Assembly: GCA_951406725.2 (NCBI GenBank)
Contig: OX597827.1
Location: forward strand, 10,788,001 to 10,852,000
Source: Octopus vulgaris
Taxonomy: Eukaryota
Length of the DNA: 64,000 nt
Direction: 5' to 3'
The translations under genes were made by a program, and so were the position numbers. The notes below the pieces were generated by a model that made no database searches, was not told the origin of the DNA, and saw only the letters and a program-made list of their open reading frames with translations. Positions 28,121-41,492 of the stretch are shown one piece after another (the first letter of the stretch is position 1; every line of letters begins with the position of its first letter).

Positions 28121-28415
28121 ATATATGTACGTACCTACCTCTACATGTATATATACATGCATATATGGGTACAGGACACCAAAAAAAAACGTCAAACCCA
28201 ATGAGAAATGAAAACATAAACACAAAACCAAGGAAATGGACATTTTTCTTAAACAACGAAAAAATAGAGTACAGGACGTACAATACAAGGAAAATTCCCC
28301 TTCTTCAGTCGCCTTTGATTCATCTATTCCAGGTTTCGAAGGTCAAGGGGATACATGACTTTAATGAAACATTCCTTCCCGCGAAAAGCAAATTAAATAA
28401 AATTTGAGATTTTTT

Positions 28416-28418
<3 letters not shown>
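28121..28418 (-). mobile_element. TA-embedded repeat family F (Penelope-like 3' fragment?)
   Basis: Three copies (28121, 41095, 56219) share the same terminus gtacgtacctacctctacatg abutting (TA)n and are variably truncated at the other end. Confidence 0.6.
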
Positions 28419-28482
<64 letters not shown>

Positions 28483-28543
28483 AGGATAGCTAGATAGACA
28501 GACAGACATAGATAGATAGATAGATAGATAGATAGACAGACAA

Positions 28544-28597
<54 letters not shown>

Positions 28598-29421
28598 TGG
28601 GCTATTTTTTGTATTGATTTCACCAATTGGTGCAATTGAAGTGAGCTGCTTTCACATGTAGTACTCAATGTGGAATAGGAGTGCAGTTTTCTTTTCTTTT
28701 CTTTTGATTTTGTATTCAAATATGGGCACTATGATTTTTGTTTCAGAATGAAAGTAATACAAACATTTAAACACGCACACACATACATACACATACACAC
28801 ACACACATGTAAGGTTATATAGCGCTACGTCAGCTATTTTGCATTAGACATCTAAGCACTGTCTTAAGAAATTAGCCAGTTTCTAAGCAGCTGCTTGACC
28901 TGCTAGAAACAGTTTCCAATCTCTTCCAAATTATGCCCTTTTTTGTCCTATACATATGCGTGTGTATGTGTGTATGTGTGTATGTGTGTATGTGTGTGTG
29001 TGTGTGTGTGTGCATGCACACATTCACATGCACAAAAAAAAACAACTCATAACTAAGTTATAGACCCAATAATATTTTTCCTGCAAAATTTCCACATCGT
29101 TGAAGAATACAGAAAAATATGGACTGATCTCTGTGAGAAATAGCTTTGTCAACAGAATAAATGATTAGTTGAAAGAAATATTAGTCATTGTGATACACAT
29201 TCAATAAATTTGATATGTTCCATTACATAAATATTACAGAAGGGAAAGAGAGAGAGAGAGGAAAAGAATGAAATATGCTGCTATCTTTTACTTGACTGTT
29301 CATGCAAAAATCTGTCAAGGATAAAACAATAAGAAAAACAATAGAATTAAGACAAACAGCTTAAGTTGTTCATTTAGCATGTGTGATATACATGTATATA
29401 AATCTTTCTTTCTATCTTTTA

Positions 29422-29662
29422 TTTACTCTTTTACTCTTTTTACTTGTTTCAGTCATTTGACTGTGGCCATGCTGGAGCACTGCCTATAGTCGGGCAAATC
29501 GACCCCAGGACTTATTCTTTGTAAGCCTAGTACTTATTCTATCGGTCTCTTTTGCCGAACCACTAAGTCACGGGGATGTAAACACACCAGTATCGGTTGT
29601 CAAGCGATGTTGGGGGGACAAACACAGACACACAAACATATGCACACACATACATACATACA

Positions 29663-29696
<34 letters not shown>

Positions 29697-29706
29697 CATA
29701 CATACA

Positions 29707-29740
<34 letters not shown>

Positions 29741-29928
29741 CATACATACATATATATATATATATACTACGGGCTCCTTTCAGTTTCCGTCAACCAAATC
29801 TATTCACAAGGCTTTGGTCAGCCCAAGGCTAAAGTAGAAGACACTTGCCCAAGGTACCATGCAGTGGGACTGAACCCAGAAACATATGGTTGGTAAGCTA
29901 GCTACTTGTTACACACCCACTCCTGCCC
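29422..29928 (-). mobile_element. SINE family A with internal (TACA)n
   Basis: Homology to 15000-15420. Confidence 0.88.
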
Positions 29929-29947
29929 TATATGTAAATCTCTCTTT

Positions 29948-30364
29948 CTCTCTTTTATTTGTTTCAATCATTTGATTGCGGCCATGCTGGAGCACCACCT
30001 TAAAGGGTTTTAGTCGAACATATCAGACCCAGGACTTATTTTTTAAGCCTAGTATTTATTCCATCCTATTCTTTTGCTGAACTGCAAAGTTACAAGGACG
30101 TAAACACACTAACACCTGTTGTCAAGTGGTGATGAGAGGACACACACAGACACAAAGATACACACACACACACACAAGTATGTAGATAGATATATATACC
30201 TACATATACGATGAGCTTCTTTCAGTTTCCGTCTACCAAATCTACTCACAAGGCTTTGGGTGGCCCAAAGAAGTAGAAGACACTTGCCCAAGGTACCATG
30301 CAGTGGGACTGAACCCAGAACCATGTGGCTGGGAAGCAAACTTCTTAGCACACAGTCATGCCTG
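29948..30364 (-). mobile_element. SINE family A, diverged, tandem to the previous copy
   Basis: Homology to 15000-15420. Confidence 0.85.
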
Positions 30365-30652
30365 TTGAAGGGCTGCCCAGACTCCATATCCGTTTTGGCA
30401 TGATTTCAACAGCTGGATGCCCTTCATAATGCCAACCACTTGACAGAGTGTCCTGGGTGTTTTATATATAACAGTGAACAGGTTGCAGTCTCAAAGCGAC
30501 GAAAATATTTTGACAAATTAAATTTAAATGTTGAAGTAAATCTAACGGCTTTTGTGTGTTTCTTAAATGGCTTATAAATACCTTCCATGTTGCAAGTGTT
30601 TTCGTTCCAGCACACTATCTCAGATCAGGTCACTTGCTATGCAAGTACATCT

Positions 30653-30752
<100 letters not shown>

Positions 30753-30768
30753 TATGTATGTATGTATG

Positions 30769-30802
<34 letters not shown>

Positions 30803-30804
30803 TG

Positions 30805-30835
<31 letters not shown>

Positions 30836-31550
30836 GTATATAATATGTATAAATCTATTTTGCTAGATCAAGAGAGAGCGAAAGACAGACTGACTGAAAG
30901 ACAAACAGACAGACAGAAAGAAAGATGGGATGAAAGGAACGAAATATAGTGCAGTTTATGACTATTTCAGCACTTTTTTTTTTTTCCTTTCTTTCATTTG
31001 GCCAGTACCTTTTAAACCGGTCGGCCTATCTTGTTTCTTTATAAAAGTCATATAAACTATCGCTCTATGTTATAACTTCGAAATTAACTTATCTCTGAAT
31101 TGAATATCAGCTGACATTATCACTTCTATGCAATTACTTTCTTTTTGCCATAGCAGTTCACCTTTTGTTTATGAAAATACTGCAAGTTTTAAAAATCTCC
31201 TGAAACCGTATTCTATTTGCGGCTCCGATTATATTAAAGACTTTTTTTTTTTCCCCATTTTATTTAGTTATTTATTCTTTGTTTTTTGTTTCCATTTTGC
31301 TTTTTTTAATATAAAAAAAAAAAAAAAATGTTAACTAATTTATATTAACCAATACCAAAAATACCGAAAAACAATAAAAGACAAAGTGAAAAATAAAGAA
31401 CCTTTCTCATATGAAAATGCTATTCTAATTTGATTTCGAAGGAAATGTTAGCTTCGATTACCTTTAAACTAAGTTAGCAGGAAAATTTTAGTTATTTTCC
31501 ACTTTTTCATTTATTTATCTATTTATTTATTGATATTATCATCATCATCA

Positions 31551-31666
<116 letters not shown>

Positions 31667-33483
31667 GTTTGTTTCAGCAAAAAAGTTGGTGGCAGCAGCA
31701 GGAAAGAATTCTTTGTAAGAAATCTTTCCCTCGGTAGAAAAAAAACAAAAAAAAAAAAAGAAAAAAACGAGAGAGAGAGAAGAATAATAAATTTCAAAAA
31801 AAAAATATAATAAAATAACAAAAATAAAAAAAAGTACTAATAAAATCAATGTCTTTTAGTTTATTTTCTTTAATTCAATTTTGTTTTTGTTTTAAATAAA
31901 TCTCAACATGAAAGAAGAGACAGCCTATCATTAAGGAATTGGTAGGGTTAGGAAAATAATTAAATTCAAGTTGCTCGGGAAGATATTTCGACTCTTTAAG
32001 TGAAGATACCGAGATATTTGAATACAACAAGCAGTTCATTGATTTGTTTATTTTTACTTTCACTTTTGTTTTTATATTACTCTTACTATTTTTACGTTTT
32101 TTTAAATTTTATTTTTTTAATTTCTGAAACAGTGGAAATGTTTAAAATATTTTAGAATTGAGTGATTTCTCTGGCAGCTTTGCTTTAATTAGATCTATCG
32201 CCAAACCTTCCTTTTCTATGTTGCTCACCCAACAAATGATTTCGGTGGTCTTTAAGTACTATGTTATGCGTCGGTTCTATATTATGATTATGTAACAGAT
32301 AAAGTCTTAACTTATAAAAGTACCACATTATTATATAGCTTATAATGTATTGTACTCTATAATGAGGAGAAACAAGAAAGGAAATTCAAATCTCTAAAGA
32401 ATTAAAAAGCACCATTGTGCAGGGATTTTGCAATGTTTAACAAGTTAAAGATTTTCATCACTAGGAAACCATTGTATAACAGATAATAAGGACATGGCTG
32501 TGTGGTTAAGAAGCTTCCTCCGCAAACATGTAGTCATGGGTTCAATACCCCTGCATGGCACTGTAGGCAACTGCTTTCTATTATAGCCCTGGAATGACCA
32601 GAGCTATTGTTGAAGACCAGTGTCTTGAAAGGGAATTTGGTCGATGGAAACTGAAAGAAGCATGTCATATTTATCTGTATACAGATGAATATGCATGCAT
32701 GTGTATGTGTGTATCCTTGTCTAGACATAATGTGATGGTTGTAAATGTGCATCTTGTCATATGAGCAGGTTTGTTCAGTTCCAGTTTCCCAGAAAAAAAG
32801 CCCCAAAAAACATCTGGTTATGGGAAAATATTATCTTGCTTGGAAGCAGGTGAGGACTGGCAACTGGAAAGGAATCCAGCTGTAGAAAATCTGCCTCAGC
32901 AAAGTGAATATATCGATCTCACTACTTAGTTTCTTTTACAATGTCTGATAGTTATTCTACCAATGTCTTTTGTTGAACTTCTATGTTACAAGGACATTAA
33001 CAAACCAACACCAGTTATCAAGTGAAGTGGTGAGGGAAACAAACACAAAGACTCAAAACCCCAAATGTATATATATACACGCATATATTTATATGTATAT
33101 AAATATATATATATAGGCGTAGGAGTGTGGTAAGTAGCTTGCTTACGTACCACATGGTTCCGGGTTCAGTCCCACTGTGTGGTACCTTGGACAAGTGTCT
33201 TCTACTATAGCCTTGGGCTGACCAAAGCCTTGTGAGTGGATTAGGTAGACAGAAACTGAAAGAAGCCCGTCGTATATATGTATATGTATATATATATAAA
33301 TATATGTATATATATATTTGTATATGTAAATATGTATGCTAAAGAAAGTACCTGCACAGGGTGATTATAAACAAATGTATGTATGAAATTATATGCAATA
33401 TATTAAATAAGAATATATTTGGTCTCACTAAAATATAAGTTAGGGAGAAACCATAGGAACAACATAAGAAGAAGAAAGGTTAT

Positions 33484-33522
33484 CTGACTTGTTTTGTAGA
33501 TTCTAATACTCATCAGTAGTCA
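33484..33522 (-). ncRNA. Degenerate minimal hammerhead motif
   Basis: CUGAUGA-gua uuagaauc uac-AAAA-caag-UC; G12>A consistent with CpG decay; helix I poor. Confidence 0.4.
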
Positions 33523-34035
33523 CTTATCAAACGCTGATGTGTAGAAGAATATATCTTTGTATGAAAAATATTACGAGGATCAAAGAAATTTTTATAATTG
33601 TACATGGTGGATAACTTGAATTTAATAACAAGCGTTCCAACACATTGTGGTTCCCAATAAATGTGTATAAAGTATTAGAATATAAAATGCTTAATATCTG
33701 TATTTCTTAAGGCAGCAAACTGGCAGAGATGTTAGCATACCGGGCAAAATGCTTAGCGGCATTTCATCCATCTTTATATTCCAAGTTCAAATTCTGTCAA
33801 GGTTGACTTTACCTTTTATCCTTCTGGTGTTGATAAAATAAGTAGCAGTCAAGCACTGAGGTTTGATATAATCAACTTAACCCCTCCCAGTAATTGCTGG
33901 CCTTGTGCCAAAATTTGAAACCAATATATGTATATTTAGTATTTAGATACTTAAGTTTGTGTTTGCACTAGAGAAATTAAGTTCTATAGATTTTTAGAGC
34001 TTCTATTTATACCTTCAAGATAAAATATTCTGGAT

Positions 34036-34424
34036 CAATGTTTCTTAACCTTTTTTTTTAAACTGTATTCTTCCTACTTAACCAAACTACCATATCAATA
34101 CCCCCTTTCCCTCCACGCACAGACACACATACATGTACACACATTCTCACATATGATATATATAAAAAAGAAAGTACTCTAGTATACAACATTCATTGCA
34201 TACAATTAACAGTCTCATGCTAATTTCACATTAACGTCTTTAAAATCAAAAAAAAAAGAAAAAAAAAATCTGGCAAAAAAAAAATTAAAAGGCAAGGGGG
34301 AAACAGTGCAAATATTGACAACTTTCATTGTAAAATCAATTTCCCCACTGGAATCCCCAGTTTTCTCCCTGATATTCTGGAATTTCCCCCTGGGAGGAAA
34401 TTATCCCCAGGTTAAAAAGTGTGG
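34036..34424. mobile_element. hAT (Charlie-like) MITE, degenerate
   Basis: caatgtttcttaacc...ggttaaaaagtgtgg flanked by 8-bp ttctggat/ttctagat. Confidence 0.5.
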
Positions 34425-34924
34425 TTCTAGATAGTTCGATTAGGTACACAGATTTGAATTGCCACAATTTTTCATTGAATGAATGTATCACAAGCTGTGG
34501 GTGTTTGTGTTATGCGTTGCAGTATGCAACAAAAGGAAACAAGTCATACTCATTGTGCACATGACATTGCTCCAAATTTCTCATTGGTTATTTGTGCATG
34601 CACACACACACACACATATATGTATGTATGTGGTGTATAATATGCAAATAGCTATCTATTCCTATATATGTAATATATATGCACCCATATAATCTCATCC
34701 CTACACACACTCACACACATACATGCATGCACGCACACACATACACTATATTTACTTGTGTGTAAGTCACGCTATTTTATTCTTGGTTTCCACTAAAAAG
34801 AAACTGGGACGCATTTTATACGTAAGACAAGAAAAATATTAGTATCAAAGATTTAATGTCAAATTAGGGATGCAACTTAAACACAAGTAGATATAGTATG
34901 CACACATTAAAGGCTGTGCAAAGG

Positions 34925-35005
<81 letters not shown>

Positions 35006-35054
35006 TAATAATGAAGTGGCCATCAAGTTTAACCTATATAGGTAAAATATTCAA

Positions 35055-35204
35055 ATAAATAAAGTAGGGTATTAGAATACCACTTGCTAGAAAGGGGATC
35101 CAACACTCCAAATCCACAAGTTGCCCACTATTAACAAACATGAATGGTTTTGGAGTGTTGGCTCCTCTTTCTAGCAAGTGGTATTCTGATACCTACTTTA
35201 TTTA

Positions 35205-35205
<1 letters not shown>
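35055..35205. repeat. Inverted repeat, ~62-bp arms, 28-bp spacer, abutting (TA)n
   Basis: ataaataaagtagggtattagaataccacttgctagaaagggga..caacactccaaa vs its reverse complement at 35145-35205. Confidence 0.9.
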
Positions 35206-35252
<47 letters not shown>

Positions 35253-36282
35253 GTTTATGTAAATTTGTTTACTTGTTCTTTTTGCATTCATTTTATCATG
35301 TAAGCAAGGGTTGGTTGAATACTTGGTGATGAAGTATTTTTAACAACTGGATGCTCTCTCTGCCACTAACCTTAGCCTGTTTGTCAAATAAGGCATTTCT
35401 TTGACTTTTTATCTCATCTTCGAAAGAGTAGAGCTACAGGATGTGTTAGCAAGGAATGTCACCAAAATTTCTTCACAATGCTGTAGCTGTTTCCTAAACC
35501 TTCATACACACACATAGACATGCCCTACTTCCATGAGTTTTTTGTCTACCATTTCCATTCACAAGGTATTTGTTGGCCCAATGCTACAGTAGAAGACCAA
35601 GTTACTATGCAGTGAGATGAACTTGCAACCCCATTGGTGTGAAATAAACCCCATCATTATAAAGCAAGCTCCATCATAATCATAAAGCAAACTCTGCAGC
35701 TACACATCCATGCCTATACACATATATATATCATAAAGCATACGATATATTCAGTGTATCATATAATGGCTTTATAAATGCTTTTATGCATAAGCAAAGA
35801 TAAGGCTCAAAAACACCTGTTTTGTGATATCTATATATGTACATATCATCAAAATTATAACATCCACTTTTTTATACTTGCGTGGGTCAGATGGAATTTG
35901 TTGACACACATTTTTCTACAACTGGATGACCTTCCTGTCATTAACCTTCACCTGTTTCTATGTAAGGTAATATTTCTCCAAGGCCAGACATGTTTTCACA
36001 GAAGATTGGAAATGAAAGACGCCACTTACATGACAGTGAAACTCATCTACAACTATCATGCTAGTACTGAAGATCGGTCTCAAAATGCTGAGCCTTATGA
36101 AGGAGATGATATTTGGTGCAGTACTGTACTCAGGAAGACCTGCCCATCACAGCAGAATTGAGATCCTAAAACCAACATTCCATATAAAAAGCATTGGTGT
36201 GGGTGATGGTGCCACATAAACAGCACCTAGTACACTCTGTAAGGTGGATGATGTTAGGAAGGGCATCTAGTTATAGAAACCA

Positions 36283-36598
36283 CTAGCAGTATCGCCCGGC
36301 GTTGCTCAGGTTTGTAAGGGAAATAACTATAAAGCATTTTTAGAGAGTTATAGCCAAAAAATAACAAAAAAATGGAAAAAAATGATGGTAAATTTTTTTT
36401 AGTTAAAAAAGGTGGAGTTGCGTCCCCTAGACAGTTTGCGGTTTGTGTTTCTGATTCTCGACACCATGTCGAATTTATCGATTTTTTTCAGAACTGGGGG
36501 AACTTTTCAAAATTTTCGCTGCGTTAGTTTTGAATTATGACATTGGGCTATGTGTGTGTCAAGTTTCATCAGAATCGGTTGAAAGCCGTGGTCAGGGT
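36283..36598 (-). mobile_element. 5'-truncated non-autonomous Helitron, subfamily B, inside a family E element
   Basis: CTAG|T end plus hairpin; body is the reverse complement of ~45725-46042. Confidence 0.85.
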
Positions 36599-36921
36599 GA
36601 AGGGCATCTAGATGTAGAAACCATGCCAAAACAGACAATGGGACCCAGTGCAGCCCCATGCCTTTCTACTTTCAGTCAAGTCATTCAATCCATGCCAGCA
36701 TGGAAAACAGATGTTAAGTAGTGATGATTCAAGCTGAAAGCAAAGCCACAGCAATGCTCGTGCACACGCACACTGACATATGTACAGTAGGTCTCTTTCA
36801 GTTTGTGGCTACCAAATCCATTCACAAGTGTTTAGTTATACCAGAGAAAGCATAGGAGACACCTACACAATTTGCTTTGCAGTGGGACTGAAATTTAAAC
36901 CACACAGCTATGTCACTGCCT

Positions 36922-36977
<56 letters not shown>

Positions 36978-38040
36978 ATGTGTGTGTGTGTGTGCATGGA
37001 TGCATGTGTGTGCAGGATGTGTGTGTGTATGTGTGATTGTGTGTGTGTGTGTGTATGTGTGATTGTGTGTGTGTGTGTGTGTGTATATATGTGTGATTGT
37101 GTGTATGTGTGCGTGCGTGTGTGTGTGCGTGTGTGTGTGTTTGTGTGTGTATGTGTGTACATGTGTATGTGTGTGCATGTGTGTGTGTGTGTGCATGTGT
37201 GTGTGTGTGTATGCATGGTGTGCATATGCGCATTCATGCATGTGTGTATGTGTGTGCAGGGTATGTGTGTGTGTATGTGTGTGTGTGTGTGTGTCTGTGT
37301 GATCCATGACTATATGTGATGTATGATTCCACCAGGCTCACATGCATTTTGCTCATGATATCAAATAGTTTATAACACATCCAATGTATGATACATCTCA
37401 TTCAGGATATCACACTGCTGTCAACAGTACATTCAATTTATCATATACGTGGTCCATGATCTCGTATAGTACATGATACAGATATTTATGATGTCATGTG
37501 GTATATAATATTACCATAAATTTATGACAATATTTGGTTAAAAGTTTTATTGGTGATACCAAAGGTTATTTTACTTTCTTCATTAGTTTTTTGTTCTGCT
37601 TCTCTTTTATTTGTTTTGTTTGTTTTTTAAAACTAAGCCTTGATTCCCTGACACTACCACCACCACCACCACCGACACCACCACTACCATCACCACAAAA
37701 TAGAAATACTTAAATTGTTAAAATTTCACAGTTGTTATGTTTGTTGCGAGTAGCAAGACTCGGTGTCAAAGTATTGGATTGCTATGCACATGAAGAATTT
37801 AGAATCTGAATCACATGGAAGCATGCTTCCTATAATGTGTCATGCATGATAAGATATAACTTCCTACTCTGCAGGAAGTTCCAAATTCCATAGACTATTG
37901 ATTTCTTTGGATAGACATGATGTGTCAGACTTATAGGGCAAAGCAAGAGGGGAAGTAGATGAGATTATGTGGCATTCATCCATTTTTTTTTCTTTGATGT
38001 AAATGACGTGAAATGACTGCAAGAAAGGATTTTGGTAAAT

Positions 38041-38154
<114 letters not shown>

Positions 38155-38155
38155 C

Positions 38156-38197
<42 letters not shown>

Positions 38198-38215
38198 ATT
38201 CACAGATCGACTGAC

Positions 38216-38249
<34 letters not shown>

Positions 38250-38269
38250 GGAGAGAGTGAGAGAGAAAT

Positions 38270-38305
<36 letters not shown>

Positions 38306-39158
38306 GAGGATATTGGCAGTAAAGAGTGAAAATTAAAGGAATTTGGAAACTGGAGGCAACAGTAGAGGGGGTTGGGGGAGGAAGATGAGCAAGGATACAA
38401 TGAAAGAAAGAGAGAAAGAAAGAACGAAAGAAAGAGGGAGAGAGAAAGAGAGAGAAGGTGAAAACTAAAAAAGATAAAAGAAAGAAAATGGTATACATAC
38501 AAGAAGAGAATAAAAATAGTGAGAACAATAGGGAGGTGGAAGGGGTTTAGGAGAGAAATCGATAGGAAGAATAGAAACAGAAAACTGAAGAAGACAAGGC
38601 AGGAAAGGGAGAGAGGGTAGAGAAAGTGAGTGGCAGCAGCAACAGCAGCGGCAACAGCAGCAGCAACAGCAGCAACAGCAGCAGCAGCAGTAACAGCAGC
38701 ATTAGCAGTGGCTTATTTTATCATCAGAGAGCTAGTTTAATGGAAAAAGCTATACTACAAATGACAGAGACTAATTGAATCAATGAGATGTTTAGTCTTC
38801 TTTCTATAGTTTTTTTTTTGCTTTTATTTTATTTTATTTATTTATTTTTTTATCTCTACCCCTCCATGGCATGTCAGCTCCTCCTTAACTGGAGAGACGG
38901 TGGATGTGGTGGGTGAGATGTTTATAGAGTTAGTAACAGCTTACCTACTAACTGGGGGGCCATAAATATGTCTGTTCCTAAGGACCCCTGGTTTGGGTTT
39001 CATTAAAATCTTATGATGATTATGATGGTGATGATGATGATGATGATGATGTTACAAAACAAAGGGAAAAGAGGAGGTATTTTACACCAAATTAAGCCAG
39101 ATTCCCCTAAAAATATTGGCTTTATGAAAGAAAAAATAATAAAGAGAAAGAGACAGAA

Positions 39159-39233
<75 letters not shown>

Positions 39234-39970
39234 TAAGAAAGAAGGAAAGAAAGAACTCTATCTTTTATAATCTGTGTTTTTGAAATACAGGAAGAATAAA
39301 CAAATATGAGAACAAAAGTTTGAAGGAAAAATAAAAGAAAATTAGAAATGAAATAAATAAATAAACCAAACAACAAAGGACTTCAAATTTTAATTTTGGG
39401 ACTAAATGGTAGTCTTTTAGTGAGATTCCTCTTTCATGCGTTTTATGAATAGCTAGTTTCTCAGAATTAAAAAAAAAAAAAGCCAATCAAACATAAAACA
39501 ATAAGGCAAAATTAAATAAAGTATAGAGATCATCCTAAAGTAGTACTGTGAAAACAAAACATTGAGATTTTTGTGTGAATCACTTCTGAAAATATTTAAA
39601 AATTTAAAAAAAAATGAAAATAAAAGCAAAAATAAAAATTCTGAAAAAAAAAAAAAATCAAGAATCCCCCAACACTTCTTTTTCCCCTCTGCCCCTCCCC
39701 TACTCTCTAGAGAAACAAATGGTGAAAGAAAGAAATATCAAATAAAATAAAATGACCGGTAATTTATGATTTTTCAACCTCAATTAACTTGTTAGATTCA
39801 ATAAATCTTATCAAGGTTTCCCCTGAAGGATTACTGCTGTGTGGGTATGTTTTTAAGTTAAATTGACACTGTACAATTGCTAGTTGTAGTAGCTTTAGTC
39901 TTGTCAAGGTTAGTAGAATATAGATTTTTGTGATACATGTATTGAAATTGAGACTCTGTGTTATAATGTA

Positions 39971-40188
39971 CAAGGAGGTACTGAAAAGCTCCTGCCTTTG
40001 GGTAACAGAAAATACAGGAGGATTTGTTAATTATGATTTCATTCAACATATTCCCCTCTCAGATTCTCACACTTATTGCAGCGGTTCCTCAGTTTTTCCA
40101 AGCTTTGCAAAAGAACTCAGAAGGTTGGGCTTTCAACCAGGCTTTTCACGATGCTCTTAAAATCAGTAACTTTTCAGCAACCCCCTCG
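39971..40188. mobile_element. Mariner-type MITE
   Basis: TA TSD; TIR caaggaggtactgaaaag / cttttcagcaaccccctcg; copies at 7194, ~14712, 41493. Confidence 0.75.
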
Positions 40189-40238
40189 TACATACATACA
40201 AATGTGTATGTGTGTGTGTGTGTGTGTGTGTTTATATA

Positions 40239-40610
40239 TTTTTTTTATTTTTATTTTTTTTATCTAGTTTCAGCTCACAAGCTGTGGCCATGCTGGGGCA
40301 CCGCCATTTGGTGTTGCTACATGATTTTACTTCACGAATGCTTTTTAGCAATTGCTATTTGGTGCATGAGAGAGTTCGATGCAGCTGCCCTCATCTGCAC
40401 CTCCTGCCATGAAGTTGGTTCATCTGGGACACCTGACAAGAAGAGATCCAGTTTTATTTTAAAGACATCTGCATCCACCCCGTGCAGGTCTCTTAGGTTC
40501 TTCGGGAGGATATTGAAGAGCTGTGGGCCTTGGAAGCCCAGGCTATCACAGTATCTTGTCCTACATCTTGATGGCAAATTTGGAGTCCTTGGCACTATGC
40601 AGTGGCACCC
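40239..40610 (-). mobile_element. 5'-truncated LINE (CR1/L2 group, second family): ORF2 C-terminus, 3'UTR and A-rich tail
   Basis: SLGFQGPQLFNILPKNLRDL..VFKIKLDLFLSGVPDEP..SNSL; 3'UTR ggcggtgccccagcatggccacagc..ctgaaactagataaaa. Confidence 0.85.
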
Positions 40611-40707
40611 ATATGTATATAATATATATAAACACACACACACACACTCATATTTAGAATTTGTAGGATTAAGTTGGATCTGTTAATAATAATAATAAAA
40701 AGAGGGA

Positions 40708-40792
40708 AATAGCCTGAGGATGCACTGGTGTATTTATGTATCGGGTATAGCCTGGTAAAACAAACCACCAGGGCAGAAACACGTGTAGCATT
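40708..40792 (+). ncRNA. Type I hammerhead motif with intact core and palindromic helix III
   Basis: aau(a)gc-CUGAGGA-ugcacuggug..caccagggca-GAAA-cacgug-UA-gcauu; helix II 9/10 bp; helix III acacgugu loop-less palindrome. Confidence 0.65.
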
Positions 40793-41094
40793 GATTAATA
40801 TTATCTTCTTTCCCAACAGACTATTGACAGGTAAAGTATATATTTAAAAAAAATATGTTTAAGTAATTTATAATTAATTCTTATGTACTTTAGTCTTATT
40901 GCATGTTATAGTATGCTTTAAAATACTTATATTATTAGATTAGTATTTTGGATATAATTTTCTATGTGTACTCCTGTATATAAGGTTATCCTGATATTGA
41001 AGTTGTAGCCCTATTGGCAAAATCCCAAGTTTGTAATAATATATATATATATAATTATATATAATAAATTTATAAATAAAACATATGCATATAT

Positions 41095-41478
41095 ACATAC
41101 ATATATGTACGTACCTACCTCTACATGTATATATACGTGCATATATATACAGGACACCAAAAAAACGTCGAACACAATGAGAAATGAAAACATAAACACA
41201 AAACCAAGGAAATGGACATTTTTCTTAAACAACGAAAAATATAGTACAGGACAAATAACACAAGGAAAATCCCCCTTCTTCAGTTGCCATGGTTTCATCT
41301 ACTCTGCATTTCGAAGGTGAAGGTGATACGCATCTTCGATAGAAACTTTCCTTCCCACAAAAAGCAAATTAAATAAAATTTGAGATCTTTTTTGCGGAGG
41401 GGTAAAAATGATAACAAAAACAGGACAGTAACGACAGTACAAAATATAAACAGTAAAAGACAGGAGAAGGAGAATAAA
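41095..41478 (-). mobile_element. TA-embedded repeat family F, longest copy
   Basis: High identity with 28121-28418. Confidence 0.65.
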
Positions 41479-41492
41479 TATATATATGTTTA

